64,000 nucleotides of DNA from Escherichia coli (GTDB taxonomy: Bacteria; Pseudomonadota; Gammaproteobacteria; Enterobacterales; Enterobacteriaceae), in NCBI RefSeq assembly GCF_003018235.1, contig NZ_CP027437.1. One strand, 5' to 3'. This document shows, one piece after another, positions 15,652 through 31,080 of this stretch. The notes under the pieces are model-generated. The model was not told the origin of the DNA. It saw only the letters and a program-made list of their open reading frames with translations, and ran no database searches. The translations under genes were made by a program, and so were the position numbers. How positions within the stretch are numbered: position 1 is the first letter of the stretch; each line of letters begins with the position of its first letter.

Positions 15652-18499
15652 TTGAAATACCTTGCTTCTTTTCGTACAACCCTGAAAGCCTCGCGCTACA
15701 TGTTCAGAGCATTGGCGTTAGTGCTCTGGCTGTTGATTGCTTTTTCATCCGTTTTTTACATCGTTAATGCGTTACATCAGCGAGAATCGGAAATTCGTCA
15801 GGAATTTAATCTGAGTTCCGATCAGGCTCAGCGCTTTATTCAACGCACCTCTGATGTGATGAAAGAGCTGAAGTACATAGCTGAAAATCGCTTATCGGCA
15901 GAAAACGGTGTGCTTTCCCCGCGTGGACGAGAAACGCAGACGGATGTGCCTGCGTTTGAACCGCTGTTTGCTGACTCTGATTGTTCCGCAATGAGTAACA
16001 CCTGGCGAGGCTCTCTGGAGTCATTGGCGTGGTTTATGCGCTACTGGCGCGATAATTTTTCTGCGGCTTACGATCTCAACCGGGTATTTTTAATCGGCAG
16101 CGATAACCTCTGCATGGCCAATTTCGGTCTGCGTGATATGCCAGTGGAACGCGATACCGCGTTGAAAGCGTTGCATGAACGCATCAATAAATATCGAAAT
16201 GCACCACAAGATGATAGCGGCAGTAACCTCTACTGGATCAGCGAAGGTCCGCGCCCTGGCGTCGGGTATTTTTACGCGTTGACGCCAGTTTATCTGGCGA
16301 ACCGGTTGCAGGCGCTTTTGGGTGTCGAGCAGACTATCCGGATGGAGAACTTTTTCTTACCTGGTACGTTGCCGATGGGGGTTACCATTCTTGATGAAAA
16401 TGGTCATACCCTGATTTCGCTTACCGGACCAGAAAGCAAAATTAAGGGCGATCCTCGCTGGATGCAGGAACGCTTCTGGTTTGGCTATACGGAAGGGTTC
16501 CGGGAGCTGGTGCTGAAGAAAAATCTGCCACCCTCATCGCTAAGCATCGTGTATTCGGTGCCGGTTGATAAGGTGCTGGAACGCATTCGCATGTTGATCC
16601 TTAACGCAATTTTGCTGAATGTGCTTGCCGGAGCTGCATTGTTTACTCTCGCGCGGATGTACGAGCGACGTATTTTCATTCCGGCGGAAAGCGACGCCCT
16701 GCGACTGGAAGAACATGAGCAGTTTAATCGCAAGATTGTCGCCTCCGCGCCAGTGGGTATCTGCATTTTGCGTACCGCTGATGGCGTCAATATTTTAAGT
16801 AACGAACTGGCGCATACCTATCTCAATATGCTTACGCATGAGGATCGCCAACGGCTGACACAAATTATCTGTGGGCAGCAGGTCAATTTTGTTGATGTCC
16901 TGACCAGCAACAATACCAATCTGCAAATCAGCTTCGTCCATTCGCGCTATCGTAATGAAAACGTGGCCATTTGTGTGCTGGTGGATGTTTCTTCGCGCGT
17001 GAAGATGGAAGAGTCGTTGCAGGAGATGGCACAAGCAGCGGAACAGGCGAGCCAGTCAAAATCGATGTTCCTTGCCACCGTCAGTCATGAGCTGCGAACG
17101 CCGCTGTATGGCATTATCGGTAACCTGGATCTGTTGCAAACCAAAGAGTTACCGAAAGGCGTCGATCGGCTGGTGACGGCAATGAACAACTCTTCCAGCC
17201 TGTTGTTGAAAATTATCAGCGATATTCTCGATTTCTCGAAAATTGAATCAGAACAGTTGAAGATCGAACCGCGTGAGTTTTCACCGCGTGAAGTGATGAA
17301 CCACATCACCGCCAACTATTTGCCGCTGGTGGTACGCAAGCAGCTAGGCTTGTACTGCTTTATTGAACCGGATGTGCCAGTGGCCTTAAATGGCGACCCA
17401 ATGCGTTTACAGCAGGTCATCTCCAACCTGTTGAGTAACGCCATAAAATTCACCGATACCGGCTGTATAGTTTTGCATGTTCGCGCTGATGGCGATTATC
17501 TCTCTATCCGTGTTCGCGATACCGGCGTGGGGATTCCGGCGAAAGAAGTCGTGCGCTTGTTTGATCCCTTCTTCCAGGTCGGAACGGGCGTACAGCGTAA
17601 CTTCCAGGGGACCGGTCTGGGTCTGGCGATTTGTGAAAAACTGATCAGCATGATGGACGGCGATATCTCGGTAGATTCAGAACCGGGAATGGGCAGCCAG
17701 TTTACCGTGCGTATTCCGTTGTACGGCGCTCAGTACCCGCAGAAAAAAGGCGTGGAAGGGTTGAGTGGTAAACGCTGCTGGCTGGCGGTCCGCAATGCGT
17801 CGCTCTGTCAGTTCCTGGAAACCAGTTTGCAGCGCAGCGGCATCGTCGTTACAACATACGAAGGGCAGGAACCGACTCCCGAAGATGTGTTAATTACTGA
17901 CGAGGTAGTGAGTAAAAAATGGCAGGGTAGAGCGGTAGTGACCTTCTGTCGTCGCCATATTGGTATTCCGCTGGAGAAAGCGCCAGGGGAGTGGGTACAC
18001 AGTGTGGCTGCCCCGCATGAGCTACCGGCATTGTTGGCGCGTATTTATTTGATCGAGATGGAGAGCGACGATCCTGCTAACGCTCTGCCGTTAACGGACA
18101 AAGCGGTCAGCGATAACGACGATATGATGATTCTGGTCGTGGATGATCATCCGATTAACCGGCGTCTTCTGGCAGATCAGTTGGGATCGTTGGGCTATCA
18201 ATGTAAAACCGCGAATGATGGCGTCGATGCGCTTAATGTACTTAGCAAGAATCATATTGATATCGTGCTTAGCGACGTCAACATGCCAAATATGGATGGT
18301 TACCGCTTGACGCAACGCATTCGTCAGTTGGGACTGACGTTGCCGGTAATCGGAGTAACTGCTAATGCGTTGGCTGAAGAGAAGCAGCGGTGTCTGGAGT
18401 CCGGTATGGACAGCTGCCTGTCGAAGCCGGTAACGCTGGATGTGATAAAACAGACGCTAACGGTATATGCCGAGAGGGTCAGGAAATCGCGGGATTCGT

Positions 18500-18501
<2 letters not shown>
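15652..18501 (+). CDS. rcsC: hybrid sensor kinase RcsC
   Basis: 949-aa ORF with HisKA H-box (SHELRTPL), HATPase domain and C-terminal receiver domain (ILVVDDHPINRRLL). Confidence 0.9.
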
Positions 18502-18700
<199 letters not shown>

Positions 18701-19351
18701 TTAGTCTTTATCTGCCGGACTTAACGTCACTGAAGAGAGATAATTCAGCAGGGCGATATCGTTCTCGACACCCAACTTCATCATCGCAGATTTCTTCTGG
18801 CTACTGATGGTTTTAATACTGCGGTTCAGCTTTTTAGCGATCTCGGTCACCAGGAAGCCTTCCGCAAACAGGCGCAGAACTTCACTCTCTTTTGGCGAGA
18901 GACGCTTGTCACCGTAACCACCAGCACTGATTTTTTCCAACAGGCGAGAAACGCTTTCCGGGGTAAATTTCTTCCCTTTCTGCAGCGCGGCGAGAGCTTT
19001 CGGCAGATCGGTCGGTGCACCTTGTTTCAGCACGATCCCTTCGATATCCAGATCCAATACCGCACTAAGAATCGCCGGGTTGTTGTTCATGGTCAGAACG
19101 ATGATCGACAGGCTTGGGAAATGGCGCTTGATGTACTTGATTAAGGTAATGCCATCGCCGTACTTATCGCCAGGCATGGAGAGATCGGTAATCAACACAT
19201 GCGCATCCAGTTTCGGCAGGTTGTTGATCAGTGCTGTAGAGTCTTCAAATTCGCCGACAACATTCACCCACTCAATTTGCTCAAGTGATTTGCGAATACC
19301 GAACAAGACTATCGGATGGTCATCGGCAATAATTACGTTCATATTGTTCAT
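18701..19351 (-). CDS. rcsB: response regulator RcsB
   Basis: ORF 18701..19396; start placed at MNNMNVIIADDHP, giving 216 aa with receiver plus LuxR-type HTH. Confidence 0.9.
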   Translation of the reverse strand: MNNMNVIIADDHPIVLFGIRKSLEQIEWVNVVGEFEDSTALINNLPKLDAHVLITDLSMPGDKYGDGITLIKYIKRHFPSLSIIVLTMNNNPAILSAVLDLDIEGIVLKQGAPTDLPKALAALQKGKKFTPESVSRLLEKISAGGYGDKRLSPKESEVLRLFAEGFLVTEIAKKLNRSIKTISSQKKSAMMKLGVENDIALLNYLSSVTLSPADKD

Positions 19352-19367
19352 GTAATAGGCTACCTTG

Positions 19368-22040
19368 CTACAGCAAGCTCTTGACATAACTGTCAATGTC
19401 GCTGATGTATTTTTCTATTCCTGGAACATCCTTTTCACGAATCAGATGTTCCAGCGTTTCACATAACTGCTTGCCGGGTACCAGATTTAGCATGGCAAAT
19501 ACGCCTTTAAGACGATGAGCCGTTTGGGCTAACGCAGCAAAGTCACTGGTTGCTGCTTCAGTATACAGCCTCTTAACATCATCCGGTACTGTGTCTACAA
19601 AGAGCGCATAATAGCCGCTGGCATGGAGTTGCGCATTTTCATCTCCGCCCAGAGGCGATTCTGTCACCTCTTCCTGCGCCAGTTGCACTTCAATTAATTG
19701 TAAGACCGCTTCCTGCATAGCGTTGCTCATATTGAAGTTGACGCACAATTGACCAGGCCCAATTTCCCGTACGCCAGACTCATCATCGCTTAAAAGCAAG
19801 CCAGAGGCAGTAAGATTAGACGGATTATCCGTTAAAAAGATATCATAATCTTGACTAATTAATCTTTCATCGGGTGTGATACAGGTTGCACCCCAATTTT
19901 CTAACTGGCGAGTGACAATATTCCGAATTTCTGCCGAAGTAACATCCACCATTACGCAGACATCATCCAGTAAACGCTCTTCTTCCTCTTCAACTTCTGG
20001 GTCAGCTGCGAGCATTTTGATATGCACAGAGTAACGTGTACCAAGCCCATCCCGCGTTTTGATGTTTAAATGACCGCCCAGTTTACGTGCCAGTTGATCG
20101 CTCAGCCAGAATGCCAGCGGGTCCGCCTTGCCATAGCGATCGTTTTGGGTCTGGTTGATAAACGGGAAGTGCAAATTATCCATTTCATGAATGCTTACGC
20201 CTTCTCCGGTGTCAAGAATGCGGAACGTCAGGCGGTCTTCGGAGGACTCATCCTGATCAACCTCAAGGGTGATTTTTCCCAATTGCGTTGAGGTCACGGC
20301 ATATTGCATCAGTAGCAGCAAAATACGTCGTAAGGCATCGCGATCGCCGCGGCGCATATCGTGTGCTTTCAGATGATTGTTAATCAGCAGTTGCAGACCT
20401 TTACGCTTGATGGCAGGCAACACTGAAGGCACAACTTCATCAATCAAATCCTGCACGGAGAACAGCACCGTCTCACTTTTCCAGCTATCGTCCGCAAGCA
20501 TGTTCGCTAACTGTATTTCATCGACCAGCCGCACCAGCACATCTGCCTGATTCGCCAGTTGTTTGCTTTCCGGGGCGTTGAGTTTAGCCGCGCTCTCTGC
20601 CAGGGACTGTGCGGGTTCTTTCAGCGCATCGCCAATGTTTTTCATAAAGGTCATCCGCCCCTGCTGGTTTTTCTCATACAGACGCTGCGCCTGCTTGAGT
20701 TTCTTGTTTACCAGCACTTCGCGATCCTGATCGCGAATAATGAAAATTTGTGTGCGCGGCGCAACCTGGCTGCGGAACATGCGGATCTCATACAGCTCGT
20801 TATTGATCGTCGCCTGAATAATCCCCTGATGCTGTTCCGCCATGGTGGTGATGTTTTGCAGATTCAAATGCGGCAGCAAATGATCGGCAATTTTGTTACT
20901 TATGACAGTGCGGTTCGATTCCTGATCGTGAACCAGCAGGCCAAGCGGCAGCAGTGAGACTATCTCTTCATTGATTGCCCGTAAAATGCGCAATTCGTTA
21001 TTGACCGCCGTGCTGGGGACGCTTTCTGTACTGCGGCTGGAGAAATGGCGGAATGTGGTATAGCCAAATAACGCCAGCGCCAGCAAACCAATGTTCAGCA
21101 GCAGTGGCAGCAGAATGTTTTGCAACGTATCCAGCAATAAGGTGCCATAAGGAACCTGCCAGACCAGGCGCATATCGGTAGAGTTGAGTGCCGAGGAGAT
21201 TTCAATCTTCGTACTGTTAAAGTGGATACTGACGCTATCCGTCCCTTCTTTCTCATTATCATTGTTTCCCGTTGCCGTCGCGTCTGGCTCAAGGCGGAAA
21301 CTGTCCAGCGGCATACCCGGTGGGATCAAATCATTAATCGGCAGATCAAAAGCCACGACCGTTGCCAGATGTCCCGGCTGGTTGAACGTGGTACGCAAGG
21401 TAAAGTAATGACCGTTCTGCCAGGCCAGGCGGCGCATGTTAGAAAAGCTTTCGCGTTCATCGAGGGCGTTGGCCTGTTGCAACATCTCTGCACGACGTGA
21501 ATCAACAATGTCGCTGACGGTCGATTCTTTAAATCCGGAGGTGAGATCTTTGAGGGGCAGGGTTGAGATCAGCACCAGACTGTTATCCTGACCATTCAGG
21601 TAATACATCGACCACGGTACATTTTCTGCGCCCCACAATGTATCCAGATAAGTGGACATCCGTTGAGTCATCTCAAGCGTTGAGTTGTCGTGAGAGCCAA
21701 AGATTAACGCTTCCGTTTTGCGGCGTGGTTTCTCCAGATAGTAGACATCCTGTTTCAGGCGCGTCTCTTGTAAACCTTCGCCGGAGGAGGGGGAGGTCGT
21801 CGCGGCAATGTTGTCGTAGATCTGCCAGGTCACGTAACGCCAGGTATCGACGCGCTTTTGGATAGCGTGGGTAATGTCGACAATCTGGTAACTTTTATCT
21901 TTCAGCCAGGCGTTAACGGCGCTTTGTACCATTACCCCCATCGTCACCAGTAACACAATGATCAACAGTAAAAAGAAGCGGGTAATGCTCCCCGGTAGGA
22001 GTGAAAAGCGGGTCGTGGCCGTTGTCTCTTTCTGACGCAT
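19368..22040 (-). CDS. rcsD: phosphotransfer intermediate protein RcsD
   Basis: 890-aa ORF with N-terminal membrane/periplasmic region and C-terminal HPt-like domain; sits upstream of rcsB. Confidence 0.85.
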   Translation of the reverse strand: MRQKETTATTRFSLLPGSITRFFLLLIIVLLVTMGVMVQSAVNAWLKDKSYQIVDITHAIQKRVDTWRYVTWQIYDNIAATTSPSSGEGLQETRLKQDVYYLEKPRRKTEALIFGSHDNSTLEMTQRMSTYLDTLWGAENVPWSMYYLNGQDNSLVLISTLPLKDLTSGFKESTVSDIVDSRRAEMLQQANALDERESFSNMRRLAWQNGHYFTLRTTFNQPGHLATVVAFDLPINDLIPPGMPLDSFRLEPDATATGNNDNEKEGTDSVSIHFNSTKIEISSALNSTDMRLVWQVPYGTLLLDTLQNILLPLLLNIGLLALALFGYTTFRHFSSRSTESVPSTAVNNELRILRAINEEIVSLLPLGLLVHDQESNRTVISNKIADHLLPHLNLQNITTMAEQHQGIIQATINNELYEIRMFRSQVAPRTQIFIIRDQDREVLVNKKLKQAQRLYEKNQQGRMTFMKNIGDALKEPAQSLAESAAKLNAPESKQLANQADVLVRLVDEIQLANMLADDSWKSETVLFSVQDLIDEVVPSVLPAIKRKGLQLLINNHLKAHDMRRGDRDALRRILLLLMQYAVTSTQLGKITLEVDQDESSEDRLTFRILDTGEGVSIHEMDNLHFPFINQTQNDRYGKADPLAFWLSDQLARKLGGHLNIKTRDGLGTRYSVHIKMLAADPEVEEEEERLLDDVCVMVDVTSAEIRNIVTRQLENWGATCITPDERLISQDYDIFLTDNPSNLTASGLLLSDDESGVREIGPGQLCVNFNMSNAMQEAVLQLIEVQLAQEEVTESPLGGDENAQLHASGYYALFVDTVPDDVKRLYTEAATSDFAALAQTAHRLKGVFAMLNLVPGKQLCETLEHLIREKDVPGIEKYISDIDSYVKSLL

Positions 22041-22351
22041 TCGTGTTTATGACCTGTTAAAACTTCGCGAAGTGATAGGGCAGTATAAAGGGTACAGTGT
22101 GAAATTCCAGACTCTTACCTGATTGATGATTTTCTATTCTCCCGTGATATTTATCATCCTGCATTGGGGGAAATAGATGTACAAGCGCCATTTTGCTGTA
22201 CAAATAACCTACAAAAAGCCCAACGAAATTAATTGCAAATAAACGAAGATTGCTGGAAATTATGCTGATGTTAATTATTTGTGAAATAGTTAACAAGCGT
22301 TATAGTTTTTCTGTGGTAGCACAGAATAATGAAAAGTGTGTAAAGAAGGGT

Positions 22352-22444
22352 AAAAAAAACCGGATGCGAGGCATCCGGTTGAAATAGGGGTAAACAGACA
22401 TTCAGAAATGAATGACGGTAATAAATAAAGTTAATGATGATAGC
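22352..22444 (-). ncRNA. micF: MicF antisense small RNA
   Basis: Minus strand reads GCTATCATCATTAACTTTATTTATTACCGTCATTCATTTCTGAATGTCTGTTTACCCCTATTTCAACCGGATGCCTCGCATCCGGTTTTTTTT, the MicF sequence with its terminator, divergent from ompC. Confidence 0.85.
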
Positions 22445-23906
<1,462 letters not shown>

Positions 23907-23925
23907 TCTCGATGGATATCGAACA

Positions 23926-23948
23926 AAGGGCCTGCTGGCCCTTTTTTC
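23926..23948 (+). terminator. rho-independent terminator of ompC
   Basis: GC hairpin GGGCC-tgctg-GCCC followed by a T-run directly after the ompC stop. Confidence 0.7.
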
Positions 23949-24017
23949 ATTGTTTTCAGCGTACAAACACAGTTTTTTGGTGTACTCTTGCGACCGTTCG
24001 CATGAGGATAATCACGT

Positions 24018-25073
24018 ATGGAAATAAGCTTTACCCGCGTGGCACTGCTGGCTGCCGCGCTCTTCTTTGTTGGTTGCGATCAAAAACCACAACCCGCCAA
24101 AACCCACGCTACTGAAGTTACCGTCCTTGAAGGCAAAACTATGGGTACCTTCTGGCATGCCAGCATTCCGGGCATTGACGCCAAACGCAGTGCCGAACTT
24201 AAAGAAAAGATTCAAACCCAGCTGGACGCCGACGATCAGCTGCTTTCGACCTATAAAAAAGATTCCGCGCTGATGCGATTTAACGACTCGCAAAGTTTAT
24301 CGCCGTGGCCGGTAAGTGAAGCGATGGCCGATATCGTCACTACCTCGCTACGCATTGGCGCGAAGACCGATGGCGCGATGGATATAACCGTCGGGCCGCT
24401 GGTGAATCTGTGGGGTTTCGGTCCGGAACAACAGCCGGTTCAAATTCCGAGCCAGGAACAGATCGATGCGATGAAAGCCAAAACCGGCTTACAGCACCTG
24501 ACGGTGATTAATCAGTCCCACCAGCAATATCTGCAAAAAGACCTGCCGGATTTATATGTCGATCTCTCTACCGTCGGTGAAGGTTATGCGGCGGATCACC
24601 TGGCACGCTTGATGGAGCAGGAAGGGATTTCCCGCTATCTGGTGTCGGTGGGCGGCGCGCTGAACAGCCGTGGTATGAACGGTGCAGGCCAGCCGTGGCG
24701 GGTAGCGATTCAAAAACCAACCGATCAGGAAAATGCGGTTCAGGCGGTGGTGGATATCAACGGTCATGGCATTAGCACCTCTGGCAGCTACCGTAACTAT
24801 TACGAACTGGACGGCAAACGTCTTTCCCATGTTATCGATCCGCAAACCGGGCGTCCCATCGAACACAATCTGGTATCCGTGACGGTGATTGCTCCGACGG
24901 CGCTGGAAGCCGATGCCTGGGATACTGGCTTGATGGTACTCGGGCCGGAGAAAGCCAAAGAGGTTGTTCGCCGGGAAGGGCTGGCGGTTTATATGATCAC
25001 CAAAGAAGACGATAGCTTTAAAACCTGGATGTCACCACAGTTTAAAAGCTTCCTTGTCAGCGAAAAAAATTAA
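24018..25073 (+). CDS. apbE: FAD:protein FMN transferase ApbE (lipoprotein)
   Basis: 351-aa ORF with lipoprotein signal (LFFVGC); position between ompC and ada. Confidence 0.85.
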   Translation: MEISFTRVALLAAALFFVGCDQKPQPAKTHATEVTVLEGKTMGTFWHASIPGIDAKRSAELKEKIQTQLDADDQLLSTYKKDSALMRFNDSQSLSPWPVSEAMADIVTTSLRIGAKTDGAMDITVGPLVNLWGFGPEQQPVQIPSQEQIDAMKAKTGLQHLTVINQSHQQYLQKDLPDLYVDLSTVGEGYAADHLARLMEQEGISRYLVSVGGALNSRGMNGAGQPWRVAIQKPTDQENAVQAVVDINGHGISTSGSYRNYYELDGKRLSHVIDPQTGRPIEHNLVSVTVIAPTALEADAWDTGLMVLGPEKAKEVVRREGLAVYMITKEDDSFKTWMSPQFKSFLVSEKN

Positions 25074-25080
25074 AGCGCAA
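25073..25080 (+). promoter_or_regulatory. Ada box (AAAGCGCA) of the ada promoter
   Basis: Exact AAAGCGCA motif about 70 bp upstream of the ada ATG; motif known from the literature. Confidence 0.5.
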
Positions 25081-25146
25081 GATTGTTGGTTTTTGCGTGA
25101 TGGTGACCGGGCAGACTAAAGGCTATCCTTAACCAAGGAGCTGATT

Positions 25147-26211
25147 ATGAAAAACGCCACATGCTTAACTGACGATCAACGCTGGCAATCTGTCTTAGCC
25201 CGCGACCCGAATGCCGACGGCGAATTCGTTTTCGCCGTGCGCACCACGGGTATCTTTTGCCGTCCGTCTTGCCGCGCCAGACATGCCTTGCGGGAAAATG
25301 TCTCCTTCTACGCAAATGCCAGCGAGGCACTCGCCGCCGGATTTCGCCCCTGCAAACGTTGTCAGCCAGACAAAGCCAATCCCCGGCAACATCGCCTTGA
25401 TAAAATTACCCACGCCTGCCGACTGCTGGAACAGGAAACGCCTGTAACGCTGGAGGCCTTAGCCGATCAGGTGGCGATGAGTCCGTTCCATCTGCATCGA
25501 TTGTTTAAAGCCACCACCGGGATGACACCGAAAGCCTGGCAACAGGCCTGGCGCGCTCGCCGTTTGCGCGAGTCGTTAGCGAAAGGGGAGAGCGTGACTA
25601 CATCTATTCTTAACGCCGGATTCCCCGACAGCAGCAGTTACTACCGCAAAGCCGACGAAACGCTGGGCATGACGGCTAAACAATTCCGTCACGGTGGCGA
25701 AAATCTGGCGGTGCGTTACGCGCTGGCTGATTGTGAGCTGGGCCGTTGCCTGGTGGCAGAAAGCGAGCGGGGGATTTGCGCGATATTGCTGGGCGATGAT
25801 GACGCGACACTAATCAGCGAGTTGCAGCAGATGTTTCCCGCTGCCGACAAAGCGCCTGCCGATCTGACGTTTCAGCAACATGTGCGTGAAGTGATCGCCA
25901 GCCTCAATCAACGCGATACGCCGCTGACGTTACCGCTGGATATTCGCGGCACTGCTTTTCAGCAACAAGTCTGGCAGGCACTGCGCACGATACCTTGTGG
26001 TGAAACCGTCAGTTATCAGCAACTGGCGAACGCCATCGGCAAACCGAAAGCGGTACGTGCCGTTGCCAGCGCCTGTGCCGCCAACAAGCTGGCTATCATA
26101 ATACCCTGTCATCGGGTGGTCCGTGGTGATGGCACACTTTCCGGTTACCGCTGGGGCGTGTCGCGCAAAGCGCAACTGCTGCGCCGCGAAGTTGAAAATG
26201 AGGAGAGGTAA
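25147..26211 (+). CDS. ada: bifunctional transcriptional activator / O6-methylguanine-DNA methyltransferase Ada
   Basis: 354-aa ORF with N-terminal Cys cluster (CRPSCRARHA ... CKRCQP) and C-terminal methyltransferase motif (IPCHRV). Confidence 0.9.
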   Translation: MKNATCLTDDQRWQSVLARDPNADGEFVFAVRTTGIFCRPSCRARHALRENVSFYANASEALAAGFRPCKRCQPDKANPRQHRLDKITHACRLLEQETPVTLEALADQVAMSPFHLHRLFKATTGMTPKAWQQAWRARRLRESLAKGESVTTSILNAGFPDSSSYYRKADETLGMTAKQFRHGGENLAVRYALADCELGRCLVAESERGICAILLGDDDATLISELQQMFPAADKAPADLTFQQHVREVIASLNQRDTPLTLPLDIRGTAFQQQVWQALRTIPCGETVSYQQLANAIGKPKAVRAVASACAANKLAIIIPCHRVVRGDGTLSGYRWGVSRKAQLLRREVENEER

Positions 26212-26861
26212 TGTTGGATCTGTTTGCCGATGCTGAACCGTGGCAAGAGCCACTGGCGGCTGGAGCGGTGATTTTACGGCGTTTTGCTTTTAACGCTGCG
26301 GAGCAACTGATCCGCGATATTAATGATGTTGCCAGCCAGTCGCCGTTTCGCCAGATGGTCACTCCAGGCGGATATACCATGTCGGTGGCGATGACCAACT
26401 GTGGGCATCTGGGCTGGACGACCCATCGGCAAGGTTATCTCTATTCGCCCATTGATCCGCAAACAAATAAACCGTGGCCCGCCATGCCACAAAGCTTTCA
26501 TGATTTATGTCAACGTGCGGCTACGGCGGCGGGCTATCCAGATTTCCAGCCAGATGCTTGTCTTATCAACCGCTACGCTCCTGGCGCGAAACTGTCGCTG
26601 CATCAGGATAAAGACGAACCGGATCTGCGCGCGCCGATTGTTTCTGTTTCTCTGGGCTTACCCGCGATTTTTCAATTTGGCGGCCTGAAACGAAATGATC
26701 CGCTAAAACGTTTGTTGTTGGAACATGGCGATGTGGTGGTATGGGGCGGTGAATCGCGGCTGTTTTATCATGGCATTCAACCGTTGAAAGCGGGGTTTCA
26801 TCCACTCGCCGGCGACTGCCGCTACAACCTGACATTCCGGCAGGCAGGTAAAAAAGAATAA
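26211..26861 (+). CDS. alkB: alpha-ketoglutarate-dependent dioxygenase AlkB
   Basis: 216-aa ORF starting at the ada stop (operon arrangement); HxD...H iron-binding residues (LHQDKDE). Confidence 0.9.
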   Translation: MLDLFADAEPWQEPLAAGAVILRRFAFNAAEQLIRDINDVASQSPFRQMVTPGGYTMSVAMTNCGHLGWTTHRQGYLYSPIDPQTNKPWPAMPQSFHDLCQRAATAAGYPDFQPDACLINRYAPGAKLSLHQDKDEPDLRAPIVSVSLGLPAIFQFGGLKRNDPLKRLLLEHGDVVVWGGESRLFYHGIQPLKAGFHPLAGDCRYNLTFRQAGKKE

Positions 26862-26936
26862 AAATAAGAATTATTATTGCTGTGTGCGCGAAGATGTTTA
26901 AACTGCGGGCTGTAATTCATTGTCCGGGTTTTCTGC

Positions 26937-28580
26937 ATGGAACTTCTTGTACTTGTCTGGCGGCAGTATCGCTGGCCATTTATCAGTGTGATGGCGCTAA
27001 GCCTCGCCAGTGCGGCTTTAGGCATTGGCTTAATTGCTTTTATCAATCAGCGCCTTATCGAAACGGCGGATACCAGTCTGCTGGTGTTGCCGGAGTTTCT
27101 GGGATTATTGCTGCTGTTGATGGCAGTCACTCTCGGATCGCAACTGGCGCTCACCACTTTGGGGCATCACTTCGTTTACCGACTGCGTAGTGAATTTATC
27201 AAGCGGATTCTTGATACTCACGTCGAGCGCATTGAACAACTCGGTAGCGCCTCGTTGCTGGCGGGATTAACCAGCGATGTGCGCAATATCACCATTGCTT
27301 TTGTGCGTCTGCCGGAACTGGTGCAGGGGATCATCCTCACTATCGGTTCCGCGGCGTACTTGTGGATGCTGTCGGGCAAAATGTTGCTGGTAACGGCTAT
27401 CTGGATGGCAGTCACCATCTGGGGCGGTTTTATACTGGTGGCGCGGGTGTACAAACATATGGCGACCCTGCGTGAAACCGAAGATAAGCTGTACACGGAT
27501 TTTCAAACCGTACTCGAAGGGCGCAAAGAGCTGACTCTGAACCGTGAACGCGCCGAGTATGTGTTTAACAACCTCTACATTCCTGATGCGCAAGAGTATC
27601 GCCATCATATTATCCGCGCAGACACCTTCCATCTTAGTGCCGTGAACTGGTCAAACATCATGATGCTGGGCGCAATCGGCCTGGTGTTCTGGATGGCGAA
27701 CAGTCTCGGTTGGGCTGATACCAACGTTGCCGCGACCTATTCGTTGACGCTGTTATTCCTGCGTACGCCGCTGCTTTCGGCGGTTGGCGCATTACCGACG
27801 CTGCTGACGGCGCAGGTGGCGTTTAACAAGCTGAACAAATTCGCGCTCGCACCTTTCAAAGCAGAGTTTCCACGCCCACAGGCGTTTCCCAACTGGCAAA
27901 CGCTGGAGCTGCGTAACGTGACGTTTGCTTATCAGGATAATGCGTTTTCCGTTGGGCCGATTAACCTCACCATTAAACGTGGCGAGCTGCTGTTTCTGAT
28001 TGGTGGCAACGGTAGTGGAAAATCGACGCTGGCGATGTTGCTGACGGGCTTGTATCAGCCACAAAGCGGCGAAATCTTGCTGGATGGCAACCCTGTCAGC
28101 GGCGAACAACCGGAAGATTATCGCAAACTGTTTTCGGCAGTGTTTACCGATGTCTGGCTGTTTGATCAACTGCTGGGGCCGGAGGGGCAACCCGCTAACC
28201 CGCAACTGGTTGAGAAGTGGCTGGCGCAGCTGAAAATGGCTCATAAGCTTGAGTTAAGTAACGGGCGTATTGTTAACCTGAAGTTATCGAAAGGGCAGAA
28301 AAAACGCGTGGCGCTGTTGCTGGCGCTGGCAGAAGAACGCGATATTATCCTGCTGGATGAATGGGCGGCGGATCAGGATCCACACTTCCGTCGTGAGTTT
28401 TATCAGGTGCTGCTGCCGCTGATGCAGGAGATGGGTAAAACGATTTTCGCCATCAGTCATGATGATCATTACTTTATCCACGCTGACCGCCTGCTGGAAA
28501 TGCGCAACGGGCTACTTAGCGAGCTGATAGGCGAAGAGCGCGATGCTGCTTCGCGTGATGCCGTTGCCCGGACGGCATAA
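26937..28580 (+). CDS. yojI: ABC transporter, fused permease/ATPase (microcin J25 efflux YojI)
   Basis: 547-aa ORF with N-terminal TM helices and C-terminal Walker A (GGNGSGKST), ABC signature and Walker B (ILLLDE). Confidence 0.85.
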   Translation: MELLVLVWRQYRWPFISVMALSLASAALGIGLIAFINQRLIETADTSLLVLPEFLGLLLLLMAVTLGSQLALTTLGHHFVYRLRSEFIKRILDTHVERIEQLGSASLLAGLTSDVRNITIAFVRLPELVQGIILTIGSAAYLWMLSGKMLLVTAIWMAVTIWGGFILVARVYKHMATLRETEDKLYTDFQTVLEGRKELTLNRERAEYVFNNLYIPDAQEYRHHIIRADTFHLSAVNWSNIMMLGAIGLVFWMANSLGWADTNVAATYSLTLLFLRTPLLSAVGALPTLLTAQVAFNKLNKFALAPFKAEFPRPQAFPNWQTLELRNVTFAYQDNAFSVGPINLTIKRGELLFLIGGNGSGKSTLAMLLTGLYQPQSGEILLDGNPVSGEQPEDYRKLFSAVFTDVWLFDQLLGPEGQPANPQLVEKWLAQLKMAHKLELSNGRIVNLKLSKGQKKRVALLLALAEERDIILLDEWAADQDPHFRREFYQVLLPLMQEMGKTIFAISHDDHYFIHADRLLEMRNGLLSELIGEERDAASRDAVARTA

Positions 28581-28785
28581 TATTACGACGCTGACCTGGC
28601 GGACTGCTGCCGCCAGGTTAATATGCTAAAAATCCCTTCATTTCTAATAACCCTATAATTAATCAACGAAATTATAATGTTTCTAAAATTAGAATATAAT
28701 TTATAAACATTATTTAAATGTTGTTACTTAAGTGTTACCGTTGATGCCGCGCAAATCTCACCTGCAATAAAGCGACTAAAAGTAA

Positions 28786-30444
<1,659 letters not shown>

Positions 30445-30449
30445 TGATG

Positions 30450-30590
30450 TGCCACATCCGGCATGGTATGCCGGATGTGGCGTATGCTGATAAGACGCGC
30501 CAGCGTCGCATCAGGCAACCGGCTCGGGCGTTGGATCGGATGCGGCGTGACCGCCTTATTCGGCCTACGGGTTGCAGCACTTCACAGTAG
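30450..30590. repeat. REP/BIME palindromic unit cluster between mqo and eco
   Basis: GCCGGATGTGGCG ... CGCATCAGGCA ... GGATCGGATGCGGCGTGA ... CCTTATTCGGCCTAC: REP-type imperfect palindromes. Confidence 0.75.
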
Positions 30591-30591
30591 T

Positions 30592-31080
30592 TTAGCGAAC
30601 AACCGCGTTGTCAATTTTCTCTTCCGCCTTCCAGACGCGGTACTTCACATCCACATTGTCTGGCGTATACACCACGATCGGCAGCTTGCTGTTGTAACGC
30701 AGCATTCCGGCATCGCCCAGATACGCGGTGACAAATTTCTTCTCTTTCTTGCCATCCGGGCAGGCCATCATCGTGGAAACCGGCGAGCTAACTTTATCAA
30801 AGACATAATAATCATAACCCCAGCCTTCCAGCGTTTTGCTTTCCAGCTTCCCGCCGAGACGATGCAAATTGCAGTCGACTTCCAGCGTCTGGCCGATTAA
30901 CAGTTCTACTTTCAGGGTAGATTCATCTTCTTGCGGGGTTAACTGAATCACCTGGCGCTTCATGCCTTTTTCAGCTTGTGGATAAGGCGCGATTTTTTCC
31001 AGTGGCTGGACGCTTTCTGCCGCCCAGGCGGAAGTGGTGGCGAAAGCGGCAAACAATACTGCAGGTAGAATGGTCTTCAT
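30592..31080 (-). CDS. eco: ecotin, periplasmic serine protease inhibitor
   Basis: 162-aa ORF with signal peptide [20 protein letters not shown]; sequence recognised as ecotin. Confidence 0.9.
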